Positions 9,537 through 19,461 of a stretch of DNA of 64,000 nt are shown here, in pieces. Source of the stretch: Candidatus Brocadiia bacterium. Its GTDB lineage: Bacteria > Planctomycetota > Brocadiia > SM23-32. The notes beneath the pieces are model-generated. The model made no database searches, was not told where the DNA came from, and saw nothing but the letters and a program-made list of their open reading frames with translations. A program made the translations under genes and the position numbers. The stretch is taken from NCBI GenBank assembly GCA_046538485.1, contig JBKHIT010000017.1, forward strand, positions 1 to 64,000, written 5' to 3'. Position 1 is the first letter of the stretch. The number at the start of each line of letters is the position of its first letter.

Positions 9537-11804
9537 TTACCGACCTTCCTCGATTCCGTAAAATTTCTTCAGCTCTTTCTTCCGCGCCTCGGAAAGATCT
9601 TCACCGGCGGCTTGCAGCACATGTTTGTAACTGGACGCGAGAGAGTGCCGAGAGGCCGGATTTTGGAGGTTCGCCTCCTGGACCCAGCTCACGTGACTGT
9701 CCAGAAACAGGCAGTTCCGCCCTCCCTCGTGATTACCTTTCTTATCGTATGCGATGATCGTCGCTCCTGGCCTTTTCGACTGAATCGGGCCGACATAGCG
9801 ATAACTCGACTTGAGTTTATCGGTCAACTCAGTCGGCGTGTTGTCGGTCGGGCAAACCAGTACACTTTTTTCATCAAGATAATCCGGGTAAAGGTCCGCA
9901 AGGCCCTCGGGCAGCCGCCCATGGTCGTTCTGATACATCACCATGGACATTCCAACATTGTGCAGATTGTTGACGCAGGCGGCTTTTCGGGCCGCCTGGC
10001 GAGCCCGGCCGATCGCCGGCAGAACCATCGCAGCCCCCATGGCAAGCGAAGCGGCTTTCACCGACTGGGAACCGTCTCCTTGCTGGAAAAACTGCCCGAA
10101 TAGCGCCAGCACGATGCCCCCGGAACCGGCGGGGGAATATACCTCTGCGAGTATACCCTCATCGTCCGTGGTCGTGGTGGAACTCAGGCCGAAGAGGTAT
10201 TTTTTGATCGTGCGCGGCGGAGGTAGCAATTCGGGACGGAAATTGGCTTTTTTTATGCCGTTAAGCATCGGCGCCGCGAGAACCAGCATCCGGTAAAACC
10301 CCAGCAGCTGCCCGCGCGCGTCCTGGTATCCGATCGAATTCTTGTTTTTGAGATTATCCGTCACACGACGGAAATCCTGGTTGTCAAGAATCGATTTTTC
10401 GCTGTTGCGCAAACGAAGGACAAAACTCTTGATCGTCTGAGGATAGAAACCGAAGACAGCGTAATTCTTGTAATAGGTATGGGACGGCAGAAGGGGCACC
10501 GGGACCCCGATAATTGGCAGGTAGCGGATCGTTACTCCCCGGTACTTCATTCGTTTCATAGTTGTCTTTTCCTGCAAATTACGGGTCAAAGTGCGCATTA
10601 CCGACTCGAATTTCTCTCTGTCGCTCACCTCCACCACAGCCACCATCTCGCCAGGCGCCTGGTACAGGCCGAACTGAGTGCCGAGGGATGCGAGAAGATC
10701 TTCTTTAATTCGAAATCCCAACTTCTCCTCGGTTTTCTGAATTTCCCGCTGACTCTCTTCCTTCAGTTGCGGGTTGGCGGCCCACGATGACTTCAGCATT
10801 TGTTCGTACATCTTTGTGGCATCCAGGCGGAATACGGAGAGTGAGGAGGCATCGACGGGGATGCAACGCAGGATCTGCATATCGACGGGCTTCTGGGGCC
10901 GAGGCAGAAAACCCGGACGTTTTCCGGGCGCATAAATGTAGAATCTGTCCCGGAGACCACGGTCGGCGAACTGTGAGCAAAAACCAATAGCTTCGATGTC
11001 AGTGGCGCCGGACTCCTGCAGGACTTCCCGCCCGGCCGGAGGTGCGGCCCCGCCGAACTGCTGCAGCAAGGAATGCGTGTTGGTGTAGAGCGAGACCATG
11101 CTGCCGGTCCCTCCCGCCTTTTTCATCACTTTCTGGAACTTCACTGTGTCGGCCAGACTTTCCCCGCCCTCTTCAGCCAGATCCAGTATTTGCGTGAGTG
11201 CCGATGCCGAAGCAGAAACAAGAATTCGGTTTTCAAGAAACGTATAATAGAGGACTTCCGGTGGATCCTCTATTTTTTTCACGGACACCCCGTTGTGTTT
11301 GAAGGCCGGGCCGCTCTTGAGGGATTTTCCGTCACCAAGCTTCTGCAGGGATGCGAGGGCCATTTTCTCAAAGTTCGCAGGTTCCATCTGAATGACGGCT
11401 GAGACCACAACTCCCGGCTCCATTCTCCCCTCGGCGCCGACGCTCAGGCCGGTGAAAGCGACGGTGATTTGCCGGCGGAACACCTCGCGCAGAAGCGCCG
11501 TCGGGAAATTGTTGTTTTGCGCCTGTTCGGCTGCCAGTGCGGCGACCTGTTCCCGGGCATTCTTACAGAAAGCTTCCATTTCCGGCTCGTGCCGGATTTT
11601 CCCGAGAGCCGAGTTCTTGAATTTTTTTTGCCCGGCTGGATTTTTGAAGGAGAGGAAAAAATGCGTGGTTTTGGGCAACATTCGCTCAAAAGAAACGGTT
11701 TCTTCCTCCTCTCCACTATTGGCTGTCAGCGGGAGGAAAGCGGCAACCAATATTCCCAAAACGAGGGACATCCACATCAGTCTGTTGCGGCCATCTATCA
11801 TCAT
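9537..11804 (-). CDS. Exported DUF3352-like protein fused to a C-terminal DUF1559/H-X9-DG-type domain
   Basis: Signal peptide; C-terminal LPAIGRARQAARKAACVNNLHNVG..Y.NDH and HEGGRNCLFLDSHV. Confidence 0.65.
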   Translation of the reverse strand: MMIDGRNRLMWMSLVLGILVAAFLPLTANSGEEEETVSFERMLPKTTHFFLSFKNPAGQKKFKNSALGKIRHEPEMEAFCKNAREQVAALAAEQAQNNNFPTALLREVFRRQITVAFTGLSVGAEGRMEPGVVVSAVIQMEPANFEKMALASLQKLGDGKSLKSGPAFKHNGVSVKKIEDPPEVLYYTFLENRILVSASASALTQILDLAEEGGESLADTVKFQKVMKKAGGTGSMVSLYTNTHSLLQQFGGAAPPAGREVLQESGATDIEAIGFCSQFADRGLRDRFYIYAPGKRPGFLPRPQKPVDMQILRCIPVDASSLSVFRLDATKMYEQMLKSSWAANPQLKEESQREIQKTEEKLGFRIKEDLLASLGTQFGLYQAPGEMVAVVEVSDREKFESVMRTLTRNLQEKTTMKRMKYRGVTIRYLPIIGVPVPLLPSHTYYKNYAVFGFYPQTIKSFVLRLRNSEKSILDNQDFRRVTDNLKNKNSIGYQDARGQLLGFYRMLVLAAPMLNGIKKANFRPELLPPPRTIKKYLFGLSSTTTTDDEGILAEVYSPAGSGGIVLALFGQFFQQGDGSQSVKAASLAMGAAMVLPAIGRARQAARKAACVNNLHNVGMSMVMYQNDHGRLPEGLADLYPDYLDEKSVLVCPTDNTPTELTDKLKSSYRYVGPIQSKRPGATIIAYDKKGNHEGGRNCLFLDSHVSWVQEANLQNPASRHSLASSYKHVLQAAGEDLSEARKKELKKFYGIEEGR

Positions 11805-11870
11805 AAGTCCTTCCTGAAAAAGTGGTTGATCAACCAGCACTTTTAAATCAGGGGCGTCATTGGGGGCCGA

Positions 11871-12671
11871 TCAGCTGCTACCGGGATAGGATTCTATCGC
11901 AGCAGCTTCGGGCATCTGGAACTCTCTGGCGAGTGCCCCCGAGGATTTCTGCCAGGCCAGGATCGCTTCGCCCACACGCAGATCTTCGGGAGTGGTGATT
12001 TTTAGATTATCCTGCTTATCTTCGACAACGAAGACGTCGCTGTTCATCTGTTCCACCAGCGAAGCGTCGTCGGTCGCCTCCAGTTCCGGGGAAGCGCGAC
12101 GGTGGGATTCCAGCGCCAGGTCCCGGTGGAACCCCTGGGGAGTATGAGCCAGCCAGAGGCGTTTCCGGTCGGGGGTGCCGACAATGCGCTGTTTCTCATC
12201 CACTTCTTTCACGGTGGCGATGGCGCGGCAAGCAGCGATAGCAGCGCCCGTCTCCGCCGTCCGGCGGGCCACCTCTTCCACGATGAGGGGTCGGACGAGT
12301 GGGCGGGCGGCATCGTGGATTAATACCTGTTTCATTGAGCTGCTTGTGGCTTCAAGGGCCGAAAGAACACTCTCCTGGCGCGATTTTCCGCCCGGAACGA
12401 TCGCCGAAACGAGAAAATATTCCCGAAGCATTTGGCCGAGTTTTTGCCGGCAGAATGTAAGGTCATTGGGATGGACGGCCAGGCAAATCTCCCGGCAACC
12501 GCGTGCGGCTTTCAGTCGGGCCAGTGAGTGGAACAGAATGGGCACCCCATCCAGTTCGAGGAAAGGTTTACGCCGACACATCTTCATGCGGGTACCGCTA
12601 CCGGCAGCCGGGACGACGGCTGCGAAATTGGGAAAATTGTGGCTCTGCGATCTGGCGTTTTCCGGGGTCAT
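11871..12671 (-). CDS. ispD: 2-C-methyl-D-erythritol 4-phosphate cytidylyltransferase
   Basis: VPAAGSGTRM, GGKSRQESV, LIHDAARP, HTPQGF, TDDASLVE, NLKITTPEDL. Confidence 0.95.
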   Translation of the reverse strand: MTPENARSQSHNFPNFAAVVPAAGSGTRMKMCRRKPFLELDGVPILFHSLARLKAARGCREICLAVHPNDLTFCRQKLGQMLREYFLVSAIVPGGKSRQESVLSALEATSSSMKQVLIHDAARPLVRPLIVEEVARRTAETGAAIAACRAIATVKEVDEKQRIVGTPDRKRLWLAHTPQGFHRDLALESHRRASPELEATDDASLVEQMNSDVFVVEDKQDNLKITTPEDLRVGEAILAWQKSSGALAREFQMPEAAAIESYPGSS

Positions 12672-12695
12672 ATCGGACAGCTCAGATTACCGAAT

Positions 12696-13727
12696 TCATG
12701 ATCTTTTTTGACGACCGGCTTTTCGTTTCTTTTCGGAAGCCAACTGCCCGAATATGATGCGGCCGGTTTCCCGGGTAATTGTGTTAGTGACGACGATTTC
12801 GACTTCTTCGCCGATCTGCGCCGCCGCATCTTCCACAACCACCATGGTTCCGTCCTGAAGGTAGCCGACGGCCTGATCCGATTGCTCGCCGGTCCGCAGC
12901 AGTTTGACCGTAAGTTTTTCGTCTGGCAGTGCAACGGGCTTCAAAGCACCGGCCAGTTCGTTAAGATTGATAATGTCAATCCCCTCAAGGCTCGCAATGC
13001 GGTTAAGATTATAATCATTTGTCATAATACGAGCGCCGTGTTGTTTGGCAATCTCGACCAATCGCTCGTCGACGGGTTTATTACTATCGGAGTCAAGTGT
13101 CTCGATACGTGTATCGACATCTGGATTCTGCCGTATATCATCCAGCATCTGGATGCCAAGTCGTCCCCTTTCCCGGCGCAATTTATCATCGGAGTCGGCA
13201 ATATTATGAAGTTCCTGCAAAACCATTTGTGGTATTACGATTGGGTCATTGATAATGCCCGTACCGAGAATTTCGGCGACGCGTCCGTCCACAATCACGC
13301 TGGTATCGAGCAAAACCGGTTTGCTGCCTCTCTCCTCTTTCCGAAATTCGACGTATGGGATGACCACCCGGAATTTGCCACGGGTCTGATAAAGGAAAGC
13401 GATGGCGAGATATACAAAAACCACCATAAACGCGAGTCCGGCGGACCGTTTAAATATCTCCGGATCCTGGATGAAATCTTCAAATATCATCAAGGAGATT
13501 TGTTGCGCGATCAGTGCGAATGCCAGTCCGACCAGTGTACCGAAAACAATTGATGAAACAGCCGCAAGAGGACTTCGGCTGAAGAACATCTCGAAAACAA
13601 CCAGCAACCCGCTGGCAGCAATTCCTATGCTGAACCACAGGAAAGGATTGCTCATTTCATGACCGATTGAATAAGCAACTGCGGCCCCCGAAAGGAAGAA
13701 AACCGCTCGCAGAACCCACATTGTCAT
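12696..13727 (-). CDS. PIN/TRAM domain membrane protein (YacL-like)
   Basis: Four N-terminal TMs, LLDTSVIVDGR, TNDYNLN, GYLQDGTMVVVE, GRIIFG; adjacent to ispD. Confidence 0.92.
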   Translation of the reverse strand: MTMWVLRAVFFLSGAAVAYSIGHEMSNPFLWFSIGIAASGLLVVFEMFFSRSPLAAVSSIVFGTLVGLAFALIAQQISLMIFEDFIQDPEIFKRSAGLAFMVVFVYLAIAFLYQTRGKFRVVIPYVEFRKEERGSKPVLLDTSVIVDGRVAEILGTGIINDPIVIPQMVLQELHNIADSDDKLRRERGRLGIQMLDDIRQNPDVDTRIETLDSDSNKPVDERLVEIAKQHGARIMTNDYNLNRIASLEGIDIINLNELAGALKPVALPDEKLTVKLLRTGEQSDQAVGYLQDGTMVVVEDAAAQIGEEVEIVVTNTITRETGRIIFGQLASEKKRKAGRQKRS

Positions 13728-13835
13728 CCCAGTTTATCTCCACTTTTGTTGGTAGCTCACAATTTCCCATCCCCCGTTTGCCAGAAGCATTATACATACC
13801 ACAATAACCTTAGCAAACGGAAACCGCGTGCCTTC

Positions 13836-15710
13836 CTAATTTTCCTCTGCGTATTTTTTCAATTTAGCGTAGAGTGTGCTACGGTCAATCCCGAGAATTT
13901 CGGCTGTTTTTTTCTTATTCCCATCCGTTTTTCTTAGAACTTCTTTGATATAATTCTTCTCCAATTCGCCCAACGATTCCAGGGCTTCGGGCATTTTTTC
14001 GCCCCCTGGCTGCGGGATTGCCACCGCCTGTCTGCCTCTCAGTTCTGCCGGAAGCAAATCGGGCCCCAGCACATCATCCTCACACATAATGACCATCCGC
14101 TCAACCACATTCTTAAGTTCTCGCACATTGCCCGGCCACCGATAATCCCGAAACACATTGAGCACTTCCGGGTCGAAACCCCGGATCGTGCGTCCTGTCT
14201 TTTCACTGAACTCCCGCAGGAAATGCTGAGCCAACAACTCAATATCATCTCCTCTATCCCGCAGAGTGGGAAGATCGGCACGCAGGACATCAAGACGGTA
14301 AAAGAGATCCTCTCGAAAAGATCCTTCTTCCTTTGCCTTATCGAGATCTTCATTTGTCGCCGCGATCACCCGCACATCGACTTTCCGGTCTTTGACGTCC
14401 CCGACACGCCGGAGGGTCCCCATTTCCAGCACGCGAAGGAGTTTGGTTTGACACTCAAGGGGAAGTGCCCCGATTTCATCGAGAAAGATTGTGCCTTCAT
14501 GAGCAAGCTCAAACCTCCCGGGTCGGTCGTTCACGGCCCCCGTAAAAGATCCTTTAAGATGTCCGAAGAGTTCGCTTTCAATCAGTGTTTGGCTCATAGC
14601 TGCGCAATTCACGGCCTCAAAAGGTCCGTCCCCTCTTTTACTGTTGTAGTGGATAGCCCTGGCGACGAGTTCTTTGCCTGTTCCACTCTCTCCACAGATC
14701 AGCACGCCGGCATCGGTAGGAGCGGCCTTGCGTATAAACTCGAAGACTTCTTTTATTTCCGGACTCTGCCCGACAAGATTGTACTGGCCTTCAACCTCAC
14801 TCTCCAGACTTCGGGCTCGATCGGCAACATCCTCGTAGGCTCTGATGTTCTCCATTGCAACGGCGACCTGCGCCGCCACTGAGCACAGATACTGGAGATC
14901 GGACCTTTGATATTTATCTTTTTGGCCAACGCGATCGCAGTAGATGACCCCATGCACTTTCTTCCCGACCAGCGGCGCACTGAGGGTGCTCGTGACGTTT
15001 TTTGAGCTATTTGGCTTCTCGGTTGCTCTATGGCTCAGGACAGCAACGCCTTTCTTGAGGCAATGCTCGACGAGTCGTTTGCTGATACCAGATTCCTCCA
15101 GTCCCCTATCGAACCCGCTCCGAGCGCGGATATACGGCAAAAGTGTTCCATCTTCCTGATGGACAATAGGAACGGTTCGATCGGGCTGGAGCGTTTTTTT
15201 CAAACTATTGATAAGCAGATCAAACAGGCTGGGGAGACTTTTTATGCTCGCCGCATTTTGGGCCAGACTGGTGAGAGCCACCAGGCGCTGATTCGATGTG
15301 ATAAGCTCATTGCGCGTTCCATCGGACATCCCTTCCAGAATGTCCCCTCGATCGAGGTCGATGGCCTGGGTGATTTCCGGTTCGCTCTCATCGGACTCAA
15401 TCAGCACATCCATATCGGTAACTTCGTCCTCGAGGAATATGAGAACGACATTACCGAGCCGGATTTCGTCCATATGGTTCAACTTGCGTTGGCTGATTCG
15501 TTCACCGTTTACCAGCGTACCGTTCTGGCTGTCAAGATCACTCACGAAACAGGTGCTGTTCTCGCGCGCAACTTTAGCGTGGTAACGGGAAACCGTGGTA
15601 TCGGCGAGGCGAAAACTGTTCTGAGCGTCGCGTCCGATTGTCACCTTCTTCCGAGACATTTCGAACGCGTCCCCTTTGCCGGGCCCTTGTTTTATGACCA
15701 GTTTAGGCAT
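13836..15710 (-). CDS. Sigma-54-dependent Fis-family activator with FHA and GAF domains
   Basis: FHA (IGRD, VSRYHA, SQNGT), GAF, GESGTGKELVARAIH, GSFTGA, WPGNVREL, C-terminal HTH. Confidence 0.93.
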   Translation of the reverse strand: MPKLVIKQGPGKGDAFEMSRKKVTIGRDAQNSFRLADTTVSRYHAKVARENSTCFVSDLDSQNGTLVNGERISQRKLNHMDEIRLGNVVLIFLEDEVTDMDVLIESDESEPEITQAIDLDRGDILEGMSDGTRNELITSNQRLVALTSLAQNAASIKSLPSLFDLLINSLKKTLQPDRTVPIVHQEDGTLLPYIRARSGFDRGLEESGISKRLVEHCLKKGVAVLSHRATEKPNSSKNVTSTLSAPLVGKKVHGVIYCDRVGQKDKYQRSDLQYLCSVAAQVAVAMENIRAYEDVADRARSLESEVEGQYNLVGQSPEIKEVFEFIRKAAPTDAGVLICGESGTGKELVARAIHYNSKRGDGPFEAVNCAAMSQTLIESELFGHLKGSFTGAVNDRPGRFELAHEGTIFLDEIGALPLECQTKLLRVLEMGTLRRVGDVKDRKVDVRVIAATNEDLDKAKEEGSFREDLFYRLDVLRADLPTLRDRGDDIELLAQHFLREFSEKTGRTIRGFDPEVLNVFRDYRWPGNVRELKNVVERMVIMCEDDVLGPDLLPAELRGRQAVAIPQPGGEKMPEALESLGELEKNYIKEVLRKTDGNKKKTAEILGIDRSTLYAKLKKYAEEN

Positions 15711-15757
15711 TACAAACTCCTGGCGGCAATGTGCCCCGGAACTCTGTTCCGCAGCTT

Positions 15758-16918
15758 TCAGAGTTTTTGATATGGTTGAAACATCTGCAGGTAGCGATCC
15801 TGGGCGTAGCGATCCGTCATACCCGCCACGTAGTCGCAGACCGCTTGGTGGATTCCTACTTCCTCGCTCCACTGTTGGTGCTCGGGAGGCAGTTCCCTTG
15901 GATCTTCAGTAAGCTCATCAAAAATCGCCAGCACAAACCTCTTTGCACTGTTGGTAACGGTCATAACGCGGTAATTGCGGTACAGTTCCTCGAACAAATA
16001 GCCTTCGAGTTCCTTCTTTCTATCTTTTAGCTCATCGCTAAAACAAACAATGCTCTCGGGGACCTGACGTGCTTCGGTCGGGGACTTTATTCCTTGCCGT
16101 TCGATTTCCTTCCAAGTATTTTCCAGCAGATCGGTCACAAACAGATTAATGAGATACCTTACGCATTCCCGCTGACTCTTTTCGGCAGAAAGTGCGTCAT
16201 TGTCTCCTCCACATCTTTTCGCAGCTTCCGACCACAGCGACAGCTGGTAGAGGTCTTCTTCGTTAAGGATCTCGGCAGCAAGGCCGTCCTCCAGATCATG
16301 ATTATCGTAGGCGATTGAGTCCGCAAGTTCCACTGCTTGAGCTTCAAGCAACGGGGGCCCTGGGTCAAAATGCTCTTTTCCGGGAACATCCGGGTTGTCC
16401 CAACGAGTGCTATGCTTAATGATCCCCTCTCGGACTTCATGAGTCAAATTAAGGCCCGGGAAACCCGGGTATTGTGATTCCAACAGGTCGACGACCCGGA
16501 GCCCATGGCGGTTATGTTCGAACCCTCCGTGCTCGCTCATTGCTTCTCGCAGGGCCGTCTCTCCGCTGTGCCCGAATGGCGTATGCCCCACATCGTGAGC
16601 CAGAGCAATCGCCTCGGTAAGATCTTCATTCAAACCCAGTGCCCTTGCGATTGTTCGGCCGATTTGGGCAACTTCCAACGTATGGGTCAGGCGCGTTCGA
16701 TAATGGTCCCCCTCATGGTTCAAGAAAACCTGCGTTTTGTATTCGAGTCGCCGGAACGCTTTACAGTGGACAATGCGATCCCGATCCCGCTGATAAGCCG
16801 TTCTGTACGGGTGTTCCGGCTCTTCGTAACGCCGGCCCCGTGTTTCCGCACTTTTCATACCCCAGGGAGCGAGTTCTTCCGACTCGCGTTGTTCCAACTT
16901 TTCGCGAATTACTTTCAT
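15758..16918 (-). CDS. dgt: Deoxyguanosinetriphosphate triphosphohydrolase (HD family)
   Basis: YQRDRDRIVHCKAFRRLEYKTQVF, RTRLTHTLEV, HDVGHTPFGHSGE, DYVAGMTD. Confidence 0.93.
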   Translation of the reverse strand: MKVIREKLEQRESEELAPWGMKSAETRGRRYEEPEHPYRTAYQRDRDRIVHCKAFRRLEYKTQVFLNHEGDHYRTRLTHTLEVAQIGRTIARALGLNEDLTEAIALAHDVGHTPFGHSGETALREAMSEHGGFEHNRHGLRVVDLLESQYPGFPGLNLTHEVREGIIKHSTRWDNPDVPGKEHFDPGPPLLEAQAVELADSIAYDNHDLEDGLAAEILNEEDLYQLSLWSEAAKRCGGDNDALSAEKSQRECVRYLINLFVTDLLENTWKEIERQGIKSPTEARQVPESIVCFSDELKDRKKELEGYLFEELYRNYRVMTVTNSAKRFVLAIFDELTEDPRELPPEHQQWSEEVGIHQAVCDYVAGMTDRYAQDRYLQMFQPYQKL

Positions 16919-16991
16919 AAGTCCCGTGCGTTACCTTCTATTTTTTTGACCGCATTCGGTGCTACGTTTGCGAATCCCGTAAAAGCTCCAT

Positions 16992-17480
16992 TCAATCCCC
17001 TTCCTCATCGACCTCCCGGAGCAACTCCCAGAGCTCTTCCAATGATTGAGGTATAACCTTTGTTGCCGCCGTGATCGGCATGAAATTTGTATCTCCATGC
17101 CACCGAGGCACGATATGCCAGTGCAAATGATCTTCCACTCCGGCTCCGGCAGATCTACCAAGATTGAGCCCCACGTTATATCCGTCGGGCGACATTGCTT
17201 TTTCCAAATTCAACCGGCAACGTTTGATCATCGACATCTGCTCGCAAAGCCCCTCATCCGAAAGATCCTCCAGGTCGGCCAGGTGTCCCCGAGGCGCCAC
17301 CAGCAGGTGTCCATTGTTGTAAGGCCATCGATTCATCAACGCGAGGCAATTTTCGCTATGCCATAGAAGGAGGTGTTCACGTTCGTTTTTAGACCGGGCC
17401 GCCTGGCAAAGGAAACATTCGTGAGGATCATCGACTTCCAGAATATATTCCATACGCCACGGCGCCCATAGCCGATCCAT
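16992..17480 (-). CDS. HIT family protein (Ap4A hydrolase/phosphorylase-like)
   Basis: LWAPWRMEY, CFLC, PYNNGHLL, HLHWHIVPRW. Confidence 0.92.
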   Translation of the reverse strand: MDRLWAPWRMEYILEVDDPHECFLCQAARSKNEREHLLLWHSENCLALMNRWPYNNGHLLVAPRGHLADLEDLSDEGLCEQMSMIKRCRLNLEKAMSPDGYNVGLNLGRSAGAGVEDHLHWHIVPRWHGDTNFMPITAATKVIPQSLEELWELLREVDEEGD

Positions 17481-17593
17481 ATTCACCGTTTTCCCTCCTT
17501 CTCGCGACTCGTTGATCGAATAATCAAGTGCAATATAGTCGGAACCCGTGATTGAGTCCAACCAAGAGGGAGGGATTACTGCTGAGGCCGAAA

Positions 17594-17955
17594 GCTGCAG
17601 GAGGTCATAAGCCGAGTTCTGTTACCCCCCAAGGGGCGGTGATCATTCCTCTGGCACCGCCGTTGCCGGCGGACTCAAGCGGCCTACCCGGGAGTAGTAA
17701 CGGGACGGGCTATCCCTCCTCCCCTATTGGGCCTTGCTCCCGGTGGGGTTTACCATGCCCCCGACGTCGCCGTCGGGGCGGTGGGCTCTTACTCCACCTT
17801 TTCACCCTTACTTGCCTCAGGGGCAAAGCGGTATGTTTTCTGTGGCACTTTCCCGGAGATTGCTCTCGGTGGGCGCTACCCACCACCGTGCTCTGTGGAG
17901 CTCGGACTTTCCTCGGCTGCCGCAGGGACAGCGCGATCACCTCTCCTCCTGCAGC
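17594..17955 (-). ncRNA. rnpB: RNase P RNA, type A
   Basis: Minus strand has GAGGAAAGTCCGAGC, AGTGCCACAGAAAA, GGTAAACCCCAC..GAGCAAG and ACAGAACTCGGCTTA; terminal P1 helix gctgcaggag/ctcctgcagc. Confidence 0.97.
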
Positions 17956-17972
17956 CAATACCTCAAAAATTT

Positions 17973-17981
17973 ATTATAGCA
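17973..17981 (-). promoter_or_regulatory. Extended -10 promoter for rnpB
   Basis: TGcTATAAT on the minus strand just upstream of the RNA 5' end. Confidence 0.6.
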
Positions 17982-18017
17982 GAAATCTGATTCTTATAAC
18001 AGCGCCCCCACCCCGTA

Positions 18018-18047
18018 TTGACATCTTCACCGCCGGGAGCTTATACT
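18018..18047 (+). promoter_or_regulatory. Sigma70-type promoter for the LptF/G gene
   Basis: TTGACA-18 bp-TATACT. Confidence 0.55.
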
Positions 18048-18113
18048 CCACGTCAGCCCGACCAGCCGGGGCAAAGTCAGCGAACGCTCCCACACAGAGG
18101 ATATCACGCCTGT

Positions 18114-19235
18114 ATGAAACGAATCGATTTCCTGATTGTCAGGGGTTATATCATCAGATTCGTGCTCATTTTGCTGATCGTCTTCGGTCTATACGTGAGT
18201 TTTGACGCGGTTAACAGACTTGATCATATTAAGAGCGAGAGTTTTCGCGAAGCCGTACCGCGAATCCTGACCTACTACGGCTATGATTTCCCCAATAGAG
18301 CGACTGAAGGGATTGATATACTCCTGCTTGTGGCAGCCGGCCTTCTGCTCGTCCAGATGTCGCGGCGTGGCGAACTGTTAACACTGAAAGCAAGTGGTAT
18401 CAGTCTGCGGCGTGTGGCCCTGCCCGTATTTCTCTGTACCCTGCCCATTGTCACGATCGCTTTCTGGGCCAAAGAGAAAGTGGTTCCAATGACATATCGA
18501 AAACAGGCTATTCTTGATCGGCAAATGGAAAAAAAGGTCACAGGCCCGTTTTTGCTGAATGATGAAACATTCGATTATAAACTGTATGTGGATAGTTATG
18601 ATTTTGCCAGACAACGCATGAAAGGCGTAACTCTCATGGCCTTCTCTGAATCGGGTGTGATAAAACTGCGCATTGTCAGCGAATCCGGACTGTGGGTGCG
18701 GACGGACGCAGAAGCCCGTGGGAACGCAAAAACGAAAGCAAATGTGGTTTCATTGGAGAGGGTTAACATAGAACACTTCGATAGCAATGGGGAACCCGAG
18801 GGGCAACCAGAGGTCCGACCGGTTAAAAGGTTAAAGACCTCGCTGACACCTTTCGCGTTTGTGCGCGCACGCCAGAGTGCCATGTCAACTCGCATTCCGA
18901 CAATGACATTCACCCAGCTGGTAGACCACATCCAGACTGAACCCAACAATCCCCGTTTTAAGCTTCTGCTGCACTCACGAATAGCAGGACATGCCTCTCC
19001 TTTCGTTCTGTTGCTTATTGGCATACCGTTGCTAATCGGATTCGAGCATACTCTCCAAAGTCGGGTCCTGGGAGCCATTGTCTGTATCGCCGTCGCCGGC
19101 ACGTACCATGTGCTTTCATTTGTGCTGGCCAGCATGGGGAATACAGGCCTCGTGCCGCCAGTCATTTCTGCATGGTGTGTGCCCGGACTCGCAACAGCAA
19201 TCGGTGGGTGGATGTTCGCCAGCATGCGCACTTGA
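18114..19235 (+). CDS. LptF/LptG family LPS export permease
   Basis: 3 TMs + periplasmic domain + 3 TMs; GELLTLKASGISLRR motif; C-terminal PPVISAW.P. Confidence 0.88.
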   Translation: MKRIDFLIVRGYIIRFVLILLIVFGLYVSFDAVNRLDHIKSESFREAVPRILTYYGYDFPNRATEGIDILLLVAAGLLLVQMSRRGELLTLKASGISLRRVALPVFLCTLPIVTIAFWAKEKVVPMTYRKQAILDRQMEKKVTGPFLLNDETFDYKLYVDSYDFARQRMKGVTLMAFSESGVIKLRIVSESGLWVRTDAEARGNAKTKANVVSLERVNIEHFDSNGEPEGQPEVRPVKRLKTSLTPFAFVRARQSAMSTRIPTMTFTQLVDHIQTEPNNPRFKLLLHSRIAGHASPFVLLLIGIPLLIGFEHTLQSRVLGAIVCIAVAGTYHVLSFVLASMGNTGLVPPVISAWCVPGLATAIGGWMFASMRT

Positions 19236-19461
19236 ACTCCACGACAAAAAGTTTTTACATACAGGCCGAAAACGTATCGCACTTGCAATTCCGGGTTGCG
19301 GTCGTTACTTTGGCTGCCCATTGATGGTGATTCCGGGCTAATTCACTTGTCCCGCAACATTGCCACGTCCCACTCATATACTTATTTTCCGGGAGCATAC
19401 TTTCCGGCGCTTGTTCCTTTTCAACAGCGCTTTTCTCTTTTTGGTCCCTGAGGTAACTGCA

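Noticed and set aside
14530..14560. GSFTGA instead of GAFTGA in the sigma-54 activator
   Set aside because: Common functional variant.
17552..18205. Several ORFs overlapping 17.6-17.95 kb
   Set aside because: The region is RNase P RNA; the ORFs are by-products of GC-rich structure.
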